Of a DNA stretch of 64,000 nt, positions 39,111-52,960 are shown piece after piece. The translations under genes and the position numbers were made by a program. The notes below the pieces were generated by a model. The model worked only from the letters and a program-made list of their open reading frames with translations, did not search any database and was not told where the DNA came from. The stretch covers positions 15,314,001 to 15,378,000 of the forward strand of contig NC_043016.1 of NCBI RefSeq assembly GCF_006345805.1. Direction: 5' to 3'. This stretch comes from Octopus sinensis (taxonomy: Eukaryota). The number at the start of each line of letters is the position of its first letter. The stretch's first letter is position 1.

Positions 39111-39825
39111 CTTCATGTCAGGTCCATCAATTGCAAAAGATCATCATCATCATCATCGTTGTTGTTTAATGTCTGTTTTCCATGCTGGGATGGGGTGGAC
39201 GATTTGAGTGAGATCTGGAGAGCCAGTGGCTGCACCAGGCTCCAATCTGATCTGGCAGAGTTTCTACAGCTGGATGCCCTTCCTAATGCCAACCACTCTG
39301 AGAGTGTAGTGGGTGCTTTTATGTGCCACCAGTACAGGAGCCAATCAGGCGGGCCTGGCATCGATCACGTTTGGATAGTGCTTTTTACGTGCCACTGGCA
39401 TTGGTCACAATCGGCTCATGCTTTTTATGTGCCACCGGAACACACACACACACGCACACACATATATGAAGATGCATGGTTTAGTGGTTAGGAGTGTTCA
39501 GCTCACTATGATAAAAGGGTCATAGGTTCAATCCTTGGACTGTGTAGTACATTGTGTCACTCATTAAAAGCACATCATTTCGCATTACTCTAGTCTACTC
39601 AGCTGAAAATGTGTACCATCATTTGGCTGGTACTTGATGTTGTTTTGGATCAATGGGTGGAAGGGCAGAAAGAGCATCTGTCTCTGCCTCACTACACAGG
39701 AGAGTATCAGGCTAAAGTTTGTGAGTGAAAGCCTTAAGGGTTTATGTGTTTGTGTTTAGGTTATTGGTATTCAGAGAAGAATCTAATTTAACTCTTTTGC
39801 ATTCAGATTACTCTGTCCAATATAA

Positions 39826-40195
39826 TACTCTTTACTCTTTTACTTGTTTCAGTCATTTGACTGCGGCAAATCGACCCCGGGACTTATTCTTTGTAAGCCC
39901 AGTACTTATTCTATCAGTCTCTTTTTGCCGAAGCGCTAAGTGACGGGGACGTAAACACACCAGCATCGGTTGTCAAGCAATGCTAAGGGCACAAACCCAC
40001 ACACACATACATATATACGTATATATACATATATACGACAGGCTTCTTTCAGTTTCCATCTACCAAATCCACTCACAAGGCATTGGTCGGCCCGGGGCTA
40101 TAGCAGAAGACACTTGCCCAAGATGCCACGCAGTGGGACTGAACCTGGAATCATGTGGTTGGTTAGCAAGCTACTTACCACACAGCCACTCCTGC
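39826..40195 (-). mobile_element. tRNA-derived SINE family B
   Basis: Reverse complement of 41962-42350; inserted into a TTAA MITE. Confidence 0.88.
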
Positions 40196-40525
40196 GAATA
40201 AATAATGCTTATCTATCCATGTTGTTTTCAATTAATCAAGCATTATCTTGTAGCTTTGAGATTTCAATGATGTGACTTAATTTTTAGAATAACATTTTAG
40301 GGTAGCTGTAGGAGGCCGGATTTGGCCAGTTTGAGCATATAACAGGTAAAATATTTCAGCCAGATAAGTTGGTTTAAAACGCTTAACCTTAAACTGTTGG
40401 GTAAACTTTTCATTTTACTGCACCAGTTGTTAAATGTAAATTTTGTTTTATGAAAGAAAATATTTGAAGTTATGTATTTTTAAAATAATTTAATGATGAC
40501 AAACTGTTTTCTTTTCTATTTTCAG

Positions 40526-40550
40526 TGGTGCGTGAGGGTACGCTAAGAAG
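40526..40550 (+). CDS. SELENOW: Selenoprotein W-like gene, coding exon 2 (25 nt; T-GGT-GCG-TGA-GGG-TAC-GCT-AAG-AAG = C-G-A-U-G-Y-A-K-K)
   Basis: Strong polypyrimidine acceptor ttttcttttctattttcag and donor AAG|gtaatg; completes the CxxU motif; TGA at 40533-40535. Confidence 0.92.
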
Positions 40551-41961
40551 GTAATGAATTGTTATTTATTCCTGCATTTGACCTTGTACTTTTGGTAGTT
40601 GGTATTTGGTAGACAAAATTCTAGTGTTAGGTGCCAGCTAATCACAAAGAAACTCACATGAAGCATCTTTTCCTTGAAACTATTGGTAGAAAGAAAAGGT
40701 TACTTTCTAGCCTTGCTACCACAGGAAACGTGCTTAACCCTTTAGTAAATATATATATGTTATATATATATATATACATACATATATATATATGTATATA
40801 CACACACACTGGGCTTTCAGTTTCTGTCTACCAAATCCATTCACAAGGCTTTGGTCAGCCTAAGGCTATAGTAGCAGGCACTTGCCCAAGGTGCCACATA
40901 GTGGAACTGAACTCGGAACCATGTTTATTTTTGTATAGTTCCACTTTATTTATATTTGAAAAGTTTTCTACTTTTTTTAATTGCAAAGTCTTTGATCAGA
41001 TCCTCAAAATTAACCTTAGGTAACACATATGCATCTATACTCAGTAGAGATAAAGGCATCCCAAATATTATTTTAGCAGGTTTAAAGTGATTTCTTTTGT
41101 GCTGTAAATCATTTACTATTACTGTGGACCTCTACTTCCTCTTGCTCTCCAACGCCTTTAGCATATGCTTATTTTGCTTAAGGGTTAATCCAGTACTGTG
41201 TAATTAGCAAGAAATGAGCGTAATTATCTCCTTGAGACCACAAGATCTACTACTCTACATCATTCTCCAATTATTTGTTACCATTGAGAATTTTAGTAAA
41301 AGCAGTGTTGTTATTTTAGATATGAAGCACTACCACTGGTATGAGAATCATAATGTATGAAAATTACTTACATGTGATTATGATGATCACTCGGTTTCTG
41401 CCTTACAGATTGGGAGTTTGCTATCAAACTGCCTGTTTGTAATGTTTAATTTGATTTCTTGTTTGTATGTTACAATTTATGGAAATGATGAGAATATGAA
41501 GATGAGCCACTCGAGTGGGCTTAGGTGAAGGTAGTATATTGCATGTTAGCTGAGAGTGGCAGAAGCTATTGCAGTAATGATGGAAGGGAGCAGAAAGAAC
41601 ACTGTATGTCAGTGTCCAAGTGTTTGTAGTCTTTCTCAGTGAACGAAGGCTACCAATCAGACGAACTGTCTTTCGTTTGGATAGTCTTGGATATTGGTTG
41701 TTTCTAAGCTATTTCATCCCAGATATATGAGTAGCACTCTTGTATGAGGTGTACAGCTGGCCCTGAAGAGAAATCCTTGCCTTTTGAGATAACTTTGGCT
41801 ATGGAATCTATTGAAGAGAGAAGCAGTGTGTCTTTCGGTTAGTTGTTGCAGAGTGAGAATTTTAACCCATCCAAAATGGCCTGCATTTACTTCCACTTGT
41901 TTTGAGTGAAATCTAGAATATTTATTCTTTTAGCCAAGCCAGTCCTAATCATGCAGACCTA

Positions 41962-42350
41962 AGTGGCTGTGTGGTAAGTAGCTTGCTTACCAACCACATG
42001 GTTCCAGGTTCAGTCCCACTGTGTGGCACCTTAGGCAAGTGTCTTCTATTATAGCCTCGGGCCGACCAAAGCCTTGTGAGTGGATTTGGTAGATGGAAAC
42101 TGAAAGAAGCCCGTCGTATATATGTATATATATATATGTGTGTGTGTGTGTGTCTGTGTTTGTCCCCCTAGCATTGCTTGACAACCGATGCTGGTGTGTT
42201 TACGTCCCCGTCACTTAGCGGTTCGGCAAAAGAGACCGATAAAATAAGTACTGGGCTTACAAAAGAATAAGTCCCAGGGTCGATTTGCTCGATTAAAGGC
42301 GGTACTCCAGCATGGCCGCAGTCAAATGACTGAAACAAGTAAAAGAGTAC
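41962..42350 (+). mobile_element. tRNA-derived SINE family B
   Basis: gtggctgtgtggtaag...ggttcagtcccactg...ggcaagtgtcttct...gactgaaacaagtaaaagagta; many copies in the window. Confidence 0.88.
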
Positions 42351-42639
42351 AGGTGTGACTATCCATTTTTGCCCAGCCATGATACACTCAAGATTACTTT
42401 CTACTTTTCTAAAGTGGTAAGGTGTAAACTGAGGTGAGATTTAGCTCTGGAAGTTGAGCAACTTTGTAGCTGCTCTCTTGTTGATTCAAGGATGTTTGTG
42501 GATGTAGTAGTAGCACCACCATCCTATATCATCATCATCATTTAACATCTGCTTCCATGCTGGCATGGGTTGGATGGTTGACTGAAAACTTGCAAGCCAG
42601 GCTCCAATCTGTTCTGGTAAGGTTTCTACAGCTGGATGC

Positions 42640-42692
<53 letters not shown>

Positions 42693-44185
42693 TACATACT
42701 AGCTTAAAGCTATCTGCCCTCTGTGCAGAGTTTTAAGCTAGTTCCTACAGAGGGCTAATTGGGCCTGTGGCCCAAAACTAAAGACATTTAAATAGCATGA
42801 CTATAATACGTCTTTAATTGCTATATGACTTGGTGGTGTTTTATTGGAGGTTAAGGACAGATAAGAATGAATTCTGTAATGCAATCATTCTATTGTTCCA
42901 GTCCCAAGTTGAATTTCAACTGTTGGCCAATTTGTCCCAAAGTTCTTATCTCTACGAAGTGATTGTCATTTATCTCCCCCTTTCTTCCAATAAATGGCAA
43001 CTAAGGTGGCGTGAATCAGCAAAGCTTTACCTGCTAGAAATAGCAACCCAAATGCTTTTTAAGTCAGATCCCAATGCTGGATGTTCAAGAACCAAATAAA
43101 GGGCAGATTTCGAATCCTGGGATCATCCTGATTCCAAAAAGGTATAATATATCTTTGTAGAGCAAATGTAGGCTGAGATACAAGCATCCCAGATGAATGG
43201 ACAGACAGAATTTCTCTATTATTATACATATATGATCATAAGATTGTGGTTTCAATTCCTGGACTAACTGATGCATTATGTTCTTGAGCAAGACACTTCA
43301 TTTCACGTTGCTCCAGTCCACTTTTCTTGTACTTCTGGTTTGGTTTGGTGGCTCTTGCTGTGTCTCTATAGTTGGTTCTTTTTTTTAACCTTGGGGATAC
43401 AGCTTGACTGCTTTTGGGGTTTCAATGCTATTCTTCTGAACAATGGACCTGTTGTGCAAGAATATAAACAAAATGAAAATCACAGCATTTCATGCACAGA
43501 TGTTCATAATGTAAACTACTGATTTAATGCAAATATTTTAAATGATTCTTCAACTTATTATAAAACAGCTTAAATTCCTTTTTGGGACAAAACAGTGTTA
43601 TCTTCTCTTATGATGTTCAGATCATGATAATTGAGAAAACATTTCTGCAACCACAACACAGAAGACACCTAATACTTAGTCACAGAACACACCTAATGCT
43701 TAGTAAGGCAGTACTAGTTAAATGATAGTGGTGGAAGTCTCATACACCTAGTACATAGTTACTACACATGATACTCAAACTTTACAAAGTTACGACTAGA
43801 AATGCAGGTATTTTAAAATAAAAAAAAACTTGTAGCATGAAGGACAGTATGGGCCCTTTTTTTATACAAACCAGCACAGACCTTGCCAACTCTCATACTC
43901 TTATATCTGTACATTGGTGCACTTACAAACTCTATCATTGAGGAGACTTCAATGTGCACACTGCATCCTGGTACAAAAACAATACATGCAGCACAAGAGA
44001 CACACAAGTATCATGACTAAATTCCTATGACATCCTAAATGACTCGTATTCTTCACTGTGATTACAACTATAATAAACTCCTCTTTGGTCATTATCTTCT
44101 GCACCACCTACTTTGCTAGTATCTTCACATAATCACTTGGCTAATAATCTTCAAGTTTCCTGTTCTATTGATCCTGCTACAGTTC

Positions 44186-44306
44186 CTTCATCTGTACCCT
44201 GTGATGCCGTTTTCATGACTGGTATGTAGGTAGGTTGAACAATCCAGACTCAAGTTATGGGCAACAAGAATCAGCAGCTGCGATTTTTTTTCCCCCATCA
44301 CACGAG
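44186..44306 (+). repeat. Left arm of an inverted repeat (partner 45760-45895)
   Basis: 44209-44277 is the exact reverse complement of 45804-45872 (69 bp). Confidence 0.9.
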
Positions 44307-44959
44307 CTTCTGAAAGTTTGTTGTCATGTATGCTGGGAAGCTTCCCATCCCCCCCAGCTCCTGCAAACTATCAGCCATTTTCGTTCTCCTCTGCCCCCTA
44401 CGACTGTATCATCTCCACTGTTCTTGCTTCTATCTCCCCCAACTCGTGGTTCCTTGCGCATCCACTCTTCAACCCTACATATTTGGCAGTCTGCTTCCTC
44501 ATCCCCCTCATTCTCTCCATGCAATCTTGAAAACTAATTCTTCAGCTCACCTTGTTAATTGTGGAACACAAAATGAATTAATCCCTTGAAACTCTTGCTC
44601 TTCATTTTCTCTTTTTTCTGCCCTTCCCCTACCAGATGTGAGGAGCCATGAAGATTCCCTACAACAACCTTCACTGTCCCAACTTCTCTTAGTTCACTCT
44701 CCTTGTCCACTTGCATGAAACTGACTCACCCCAGGTTCATAGTTCTGTAAGCTGAATACACCTGAATAGTGCAGGTGTCATGAAAAAACCAGCCAGCTCA
44801 TTCTGTAAAGTGGTTGGTGTTAGGAAGGGCATCCAGCTGTAGAAATCATGCTAAAGCAGACATTGGAGCTTGATGCTGTTCTAAGATCTGTCAATATCAG
44901 TTTAACCATCCAGCCCATGCCAGCATGGAACACGGACATTAAATGATGATAGTGAATTC

Positions 44960-45760
44960 CATATCAGAGTTAGACAAGAAATTCCACGTGTCAAAGCAAA
45001 ACCAGGAATGTAAGGGCCTTAAGGTTAATCTAACAAAGTCCTAGTAAGCAAGAAAACTGACAGGATCCTAAAGCCTTCAGTTAGGTGGCCCTGTCCAATT
45101 TGTAGGAAAGGTGTTGCTGGGAACTCCATATGGTGTACTCAGTGTAAGCTATAGACACACAAAAGGAGCAGTGAGTTAATTGGAGGGTTATCAGAAGATA
45201 GTTTTCAAATGAGGAAGATGCAAGGATCCATAAAAACTTTAGAGACTCAGGAAATTGATTCTCTCAAAAGCTTTGGTGGCTCGTCAGAGGTAGTAGATAA
45301 TTTCTGTAACCTAGGGAAACAAATTAGTAGTGGAGGAGGATGCACAGAAAGTGTGAAAGCTAGAATAAGAATAGGATGGAAGAAATTCAGAGAGCTGTTA
45401 CCTCTGTTGGCCATGAAAGGTTTCTCTCTCGAAATGAAAAGAAGATTGTATGATACATGTATACAGACAGAAATTCTACATAGTAGTGAGACGTGGGCCC
45501 TGAATGTAGAGGACAAGGAAAATCTAGAGAGAAATGAGGTTAGTATGCTCTGCTGGATGTGTAATGTAAGTGTACATGTTCAGCAGAGTGCTAGTGTTTT
45601 GAGAAGAAGAATTAGTTGCTGTGTGCAAGAGAAACGACTGTGCTGGTTTGATCATGTGATGCGGTTGGATGCCAATAGCTTCATAAAGAAGTGCTGATCT
45701 CTCAAAATGGATGGGACATGAGGAAGTGGAAGGCATGTGATGAAGTACTGAAGAATGACC
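44960..45760 (+). mobile_element. Decayed RTE LINE fragment
   Basis: ORF 45209-45697: GGGCTESVKARIRIGWKKFRELLPLL...MLCWMCN. Confidence 0.85.
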
Positions 45761-45895
45761 TTGTGTGATGGGGGAAAATAGTCAAGTACATATGGTGTTG
45801 CAACTGCTGATTCTTGTTGCCCATAACTTGAGTCTGGATTGTTCAACCTACCTACATACCAGTCATGAAAACAGCGTCAGAGGGTACAGGTGAAG
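45760..45895 (-). repeat. Right arm of the inverted repeat (partner 44186-44306)
   Basis: Reverse complement of 44186-44306 with a small insertion. Confidence 0.9.
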
Positions 45896-47796
45896 CTGAA
45901 CCTTTCAGGCGAGATGACAAAGGTCCAGGATGACTGCTTTGCCAGACTTATGAAGACCTGTATTCTGCAGCACGAATGTCAAGACCAATTCTTCTGGTGG
46001 TGTAAACCACTTGTGGGATGCTACATGCAAGCACCTGTGTGGTCCCATGTAACAATGCTCATGCGACACCACAAAATAACACCCATGCTATGCTGTGTAA
46101 AAGTACCTGTGTGATGCTACATAAAAACGCTTGTACAGCACCACATGAAAGTGTCCATGTAGCGCCACATAAAAGCACCCAGCACACTCTGTAAAGTGGT
46201 TGGCATTAGGAAGGGCAGCATCCAGCTGTAAAAACCATGCCAAATCAGAGTGGAGTCTGGTGCAGCTTCCCAGCTGTGGTCAAACCGTCCAACCCATGCC
46301 AGCATTGACAATGGATGTTAAATGATGACGATGGTAATGATATTATATATAATTATTATTTAAAACAGTTTGATTCAGCTCAGACTATTTTCAAGAATAA
46401 TAATACATATAACTCCTACAAAATATGTTGAGTGCCCTTTCCTTTCATTTGTCCACATGTGTGTGTGTGTGTGTGTGGGGGGGGGGGCTGGCATCATGTA
46501 AAAAACATGTAGTACATTCTGTAAAGTGATTGCTGTTAGGAAGGGCACCCAGCTGTAGAAAACGAGTTAAAAGCAGTGATTGGAGTACATGGCATTCCAT
46601 GGACCTATCAGGTTCTTTTAAACTGTCCAACTGATACCCAGCATGGAGCATGAATGTTAAAGAATGATTTTTTTCTTAATGTCTTACAAGTACTTGGTGA
46701 CCCTGTCAGTGCAAGTGCCACTTAAAAAGCACCCAATCCACACTGTAAAGTGGTCAGGGTTTGGAAGGGCAGCTAGCTGTAAAAACCTTGCCAGAATTGA
46801 CCTAGCCTGTGCTTGTGCCACGTAAAAAGCACTGAGTCCACTCCGTTGAGTGGTTGGTGTTAGGAAAGGCATCCAGCTGTAAAATTCCTGCCAAAACAGT
46901 CACAGAAGTCTGGTGCAGGCTTCTGCCTGGCCAGCTCTTGTCAAACCATTCCACCACCCATGCCAGCATGGAAGGTGGATGTTAAATGATGATGATGTTG
47001 CATCATTTTGTGTTGATTGTTTGTAATAAAAATCTATTTCCTGGCCTTAAAGAGAAAGCTTATAACTATGAAAGATTATCGAATTATGAGGTTAAAGCAT
47101 TTGTAAAGCTTAAAGAGTTTTAGTTGTGTATTCAGAAGCAAGAAACCTTATACTTCTTTTATCTGTCACTTGTTTCAGTCATGTGGCCATGCTGGAGCAC
47201 TGTCCTTGAAGAATTTTTAGTCAAATGAATCGACTCCTGTACTTATGTTTTTTTTTTTAAAGCCTGGTACTCTATTGGTCTCTTTTCCTGAATTGCTAAG
47301 TTACAGGGATGTAAACACACCAACACCAGTTGTCAAGTGGTGGAGAGAGGTGGGGAACTGACACACACATGTGTACGCGTGCGTGTGCAACAGGCTTCTT
47401 TCAGTTTCCATCTCTCAGATCTGTGCACAGTCTTTGGTAGGCCCGAGGTACAGTTGAAGACACTTGCCCAGGATGCCGCGCAGTGGGACTGAACCTGGAA
47501 CCATGTGGTTGCAGTGCAAGCTTCTTACGACTCAGCCACTCCTGTGCTTTTAAGTGTCTTAATCTTAAATAAGCACCACGCTTCCTATTGAGCCCGTTTG
47601 TTGTACTTCATGATTCGCTAAAACATGTAGCAGCATTATATAGTGGTGGGTAGTAGGGTGAAGCAAAACAAAAATGGTTTTAATTCATTACAAATTGAGC
47701 CCAAATAAACGTTTTGCAATATAAATATGTAATAAAAAGGTCAGCGTGACCTAATAGTAAATTTGACGTAAGATTGATGTAAAGTTTATAATGGGT

Positions 47797-47799
<3 letters not shown>

Positions 47800-47832
<33 letters not shown>

Positions 47833-48100
47833 TGTGTACAGTGCTCAGGTGCACTACAACTCATCTAAAGTGTATATATAATCAGGTGTAGTTTTGGCGG
47901 ATTTCGGAAAGCATGAGGGCCTTAAAGGATGCAGTGTCATGGCAGTCAGCAACTGATGCAGGCAGTTTATTCCATGCTTCAGCAACTCTGAGCGTGAAGA
48001 AATGTTTCCGAAAGTCATGGGAGCTGTGTTGTTTTCTGACTTTGTAGGCATGTCCACGTGTGTTAGACACATGGAGATCAAAAAGGTGTTCAGTGTGGGT
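47800..48100 (-). mobile_element. CR1-like LINE 3' end with (ATT)n tail
   Basis: TRGHAYKVRKQHSSHDFRKHFFTLRVAEAWNKLPASV. Confidence 0.8.
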
Positions 48101-49519
48101 TGATCACATCTGTTTGATATAAAAGCTCATGTTATTTCATTAAAGCTGCTCTAATGATGTCTTAATCAGCTGGCAGCAAAACTGCTTTTACAAAATAAAG
48201 TCCAGCCACTCTAGTAGCAAATAAACAAATAAATAGGTAAATAATAAAATAAAAATGCTTTTTAACTCTTGACCCATTCTTGGTAAAAATGCATTCCAGT
48301 GGTTCTCAACCATTTTTCACTAATGTAGTTAAGATACCCATGCTGGTGACACGTAAAAAGCACCATTCGAACGTATCTGATGCCAGTGCCGCCTGACTGG
48401 CGTCCATGTCGGTGACATGTAAAAGCACCAACCGATAGTGGCTGTTTGCCAGCCTTCTCTGGCCCCTCTGCCAGTGGCACGTAAAAAGCACCCACTACAC
48501 TCACGGAGTGGTTGGCGTTTGGAAGGGCATCAAGCTATAGAAATATTGCCAAATCAGACTGGAGTCTGGAACAGCCTCCTGGCTTCCCAGATCCTGTTTG
48601 AACTATCCAACCCATGCTAGCTTGGAAAACAGACGTTAAACGATGATGATATGTATATATTGTAAGCACATGCATATCATTACTATCTGTTTTAATGTCT
48701 ACTTTTTGATGCTTACATGGGTTGCACAGAGTTTATTAGAGGCAGGTTTATGTCCAGATGATGCTCTTCCTATCACCAACCCTCAACTGTTTCCAAACAA
48801 AGTCTCATATTTCCTCATTGCCAGATGTGTTCTCACAGAATTTTGGAAATGAACAACACTTGTTGTATGACAGTGACATTCCTTTACAATTGTTATGCAA
48901 TGTCAAGACAAAGAGACAGGAACACACACAAATATATACATGTACACGCACACACACACGATGGTCTCCTTTTAGTTTCTGTCTCTCAAATCCTCTCACA
49001 AGGCTTTGGTTGGCCTGGAGCTGTAGTATAGAATACACTTGTGCAAGGTGCCATACAGATGGACTGAATGTGGGACTGTGCTGTTGGGAAGTAAACATGC
49101 TGTAATTGCATTGAACAATATTAGAAAAAAAACCCCCCAGAATGGATAAGGCTTAACAAATACTGTATTAGCTTAATGCTTAAAAGGAAAGGGTTTTATT
49201 GTTTTGGACATTAATCGTTGTGAGGAAGAAGAAAAGGCATGGGTTGGGGAGAGAAAGGACAAGTCTGATATATTTATATACATAAAGGATGTACCTTTAA
49301 TTAGCTGGGTAGGTTTTCTCACCTGTTACCTGGATCCTTTGTTGTCTTCTCTGTAAGATTCAACATCTAAAGATCATTTCTCACCACTTTGTCCCACATC
49401 TTCTTGGCTCCTCTTACACAGGTTCCCTCCCCATCTTTGTGCATTTGTCCTCACATCACATGACCACACCTGCGTAATCTTCTTTGCATTCTACATCTGA
49501 TGCCTCTTGTACCCAATAT

Positions 49520-50560
49520 GTTAAATAAAGATGATGATATGTACACATGGTCTGTGTATGGGTTTGGTAAACCTAGAAGAGGCACTTAGAAAAGGCATTG
49601 CAACAGACATGATAGCATCAAGAGTGGCCCTTGACTGATTCTTCAGTGTTAAACATGAAAGTTGCATTGTCAGATCTTGGGTGCATTCTCTAAGGCATGA
49701 AGGAACAAAAGCCTTTTGATGGGCCTGGGAGCAGTGTCGCAACAAACCCACAGTTCAGTTTTTGATAGATCAAAAGGGGCACATGCTGCTTAATTCCATG
49801 ATATGTACAAGTTTTTAGTGGCACCACTCTGTTCAGCTGTTTGGAGCAGATGGTTGACTGGAGATAGGGCTGGACTTTACCAACTACCTCAATGGCCTGC
49901 TGTGGCTATCAGCTCGGGACGAAGGGTTTCGTGAAAAGCTAATAACAGTTGACGAAAATGGGAAATGATAACAGGTCATACGATGGCGTTGTTGAAGCTG
50001 TATAGTCTGCCCAATGAGCTTGTTGTCATATGCCAAACTTGTTCAGGATCCTCTAGGCAGATATCTACTGCCAGTTGATATCTGCCAAGTGGCCACTGAA
50101 CTAATAGAATGGGATAAACCCCTGTTCTGGGTAAACAGTTGGAGTAGTGTAGGTGAGAAAGGACCCAAAGAAGGGAGACAGTTTTAACAACTTCAGCTCC
50201 ATAATTCTGCTAAATGCCGAGTTGAAGACTTTGGCCAAGGTGTTAGCAAAGAGGTTGGTGCTTGTCATTGGTTCTTTGGTAGGTGAGGCATAGGCATGCA
50301 CCACATCAAATGGACAGTCTCTACCTCATGTGAAGCTTCATAGAAATGGTAGGTAAAGAACCTGTTATGGGTGGGGGGTCTGATCAATTTAGATCACTTG
50401 TGTTTGATGGGTTCAACCATCAATACTTGGCAGCTGTTCCTGAGGTGGCTGGTTTTGGGCCCATCTTCAGAAAGTGGATCACAGGTTCCCTCCACAGTAG
50501 CATTTACTTGGTGGTCAGAGTAAATGAACACCTGTATAGTAAATTAGATTGTGCAGGAAG
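49520..50560 (-). mobile_element. Highly decayed CR1/L2-like LINE RT region
   Basis: Remnants such as TNLFANTLAKVFNS and ATLDAIMSVAMPFLSASSRF; many stops. Confidence 0.45.
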
Positions 50561-50589
50561 GTAGAATACTCAATAACTTGTGTAGTAGC

Positions 50590-51150
50590 ATCATAGTCAT
50601 TTGTTACAAGAGTAAAAGAGATACCTTAGAGAGAAGTGACTGCATGGTATCAAATTATTGGGCCAGGTTGTGACAAGTCATTGAGTCATAACCCACGTAA
50701 TTAAAACAGAGTGAACTTCAATGAGGTGCAGTTTGGTTTCATGTTAAGGAGAAGTACTAATGCTGTCTTCCAAGACAGCTGCAGAACTTAGTTATGAGTA
50801 AATTATTGTATTTGGTATTTGTTGACCTGGAGAAAGTCTTTGATAGGGTGACCCCCCCACCCCATCTACTTGTTACGACAGTTAGGTGTAGATGAATGGC
50901 TAGTGAGAGCCATTCAGGCTATGTACAGAGATGCTGTCAGTAAAGTGAGAGTTAAAAATGAGTACAGCGATGAATTTAGTGTTCAGGGAGGAGTTCACCA
51001 GGGTTCAGTTAACAGTTTCCTCTTATTTTTTCACAGTCCTCCCAGCCGTAACAGTGGAATTTATGGCTGGCTGCCCGTAGGAACTCCTCTATACTGATGA
51101 CCTTGTTCTTATAGCTGAAACTCTAGTTGAATTAAAGAAATTCCAAGTGT
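50590..51150 (+). mobile_element. RTE LINE RT core fragment
   Basis: FVDLEKVFDRV, LRQLGVDEWLVRAIQAMY, GVHQGS and YTDDLVL. Confidence 0.85.
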
Positions 51151-51415
51151 CTTCTACTATAATTCCAGACTGACCAAAGCCTTGTGAGTGGATTTGGGAG
51201 ATAGAAACTGAAAGAAACTTGTGGTGAAATTTTTGTGTGGGTGACTGTCTCCTTGCCTTGACATTGCATGATGTCCAGTCCTGGGTAAATATTACCTCAC
51301 CTGTAAACAGGTGAGGGTTGGTGACAGGAAGGGCATCCAACTAGAAAATCTGCTTCAATGGAATTTCATCTGATCCATGTGAGCATGGAAAAGTGTGTAT
51401 TAAACCAATGATGAA

Positions 51416-51458
<43 letters not shown>

Positions 51459-52329
51459 TCATCATCATTTAATGTCTGCTTTCCATGCTGACATGGGTTG
51501 GATGGTTTGACTGAAAACTGGTAAGCCAGGGAGTTGCACCAGGTTCCAATCTGATTTGGTGAGGTTTCTATGGCTTGATGCCCTTCTTAATGTCAACCAC
51601 TCCAAGAGTAGTGGGTGCTTTCCACATGCCACCAGCACAGGTGCCATTTATTTCTACTTTAGGCACAAGGCTCGAAATTTTGGGGAGGTAGGGTGCCCAG
51701 TTGATTAGATCAACCCCAGTATGCAACTGGTACTTAATTTATTGACCCTGAAAGGATGAAAGGCAAAGTTGACCTCGGAATTTGAATTCAGAACATAAAG
51801 ACAGACAAAATACTGCTAAGCATTTCGTTCGGTGTGCTAACGATTCTGCCAGCTCTCACCACCTTACCAGCACAGGTGCCACCGGTATTGGCCATGGCTA
51901 TGATCTCACTTGGCTTGACTGGTTTACACAAGCATGGTATATCGCCAAAGGTCTTGGTCACTTGTCGCTGCTTCCTTAAGGCCCAACGCCTGAATGGTGC
52001 TTTTATGTGCCACCGGCATGGGTTCCAAGTCAGATGGCACTAACATTGGCTACAACAATTTCACTTGGCTTGATAGGTCTTCTCAAGCACTGCATATCAA
52101 CCAATGCTTAAAGGGTACTTTCTATGTGCCTGTTACAGGATACTGGTATCGGCCATGGCTATGGTCTCACTTGGCTTGACGGGTCTTCTCGAGTATGGCA
52201 TATCACCAAAGGTCTTGGTCACTTGGCATTCCTCTGTGAGGTCTAACCGACACACACACACATACATATATTCATGCATGTTTATAAAGTTATGCTTTTG
52301 TGCATGAGTATACAGAAAATAGACTCCAT

Positions 52330-52960
52330 CAAATGCCAGGGGATATACCTAGAGGTAGTTGATAACTTTCATTATCTAAGTGACCAAGTCATTAGTGGAG
52401 ATGGATACTCTGAGAGTTTAGCTGCTAGAATAAGAATTAGCTGGGCTTAGTTCAGGGAGCTTCTACCTTTGTTGGTAAGAAAGGGCCTCTCCTTCAGAGT
52501 GAAAGGTAGATTGTATGATACCTGTGTGTGAACAGCCATGCTACATGAAAGTGAAACATGGCTTGTGACTGCCAAGGACATGTGAAGGCTTGAAAGAAAT
52601 GAAGCTAGCATGCTTCACTGGATGTGCAATATCATTGTGCATGTACGACAGAGTGTAAGTGTCTTGAAAGAAAAGTTGGGCATAAGAGACATCAGATGTG
52701 GTGCCCACAAGAGGTGAATGATTGCACTGGTATGGGCATGTGATGTGTATGGATAAAGACAGCTGTGTAAAGAAGTGCCAATCTCTAATTGTAGAGGGAA
52801 CTTGTGGAAGAGGTAGACTCAAGAAGACATGAGACAAGGTTGTGAAGCATGATTTTTTAATGTTGGGCCTCATGGAGGCAATAACAAATGACCGAGACCT
52901 TTGGCAGATATGCTGCACTTGAGAAGAAGACCCATCAAGCCAAATGAAATCATAGTTGTG
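52330..52960 (+). mobile_element. RTE LINE 3' fragment
   Basis: ARIRISWA*FRELLPLLV...RLERNEASML...MDKDSCVKKC. Confidence 0.82.

Noticed and set aside
40533-40535. TGA as a pseudogene stop or as an A-to-I edited Trp codon
   Set aside because: It lies exactly at the U of CxxU with intact splice sites, and a 5' G neighbour is disfavoured by ADAR.
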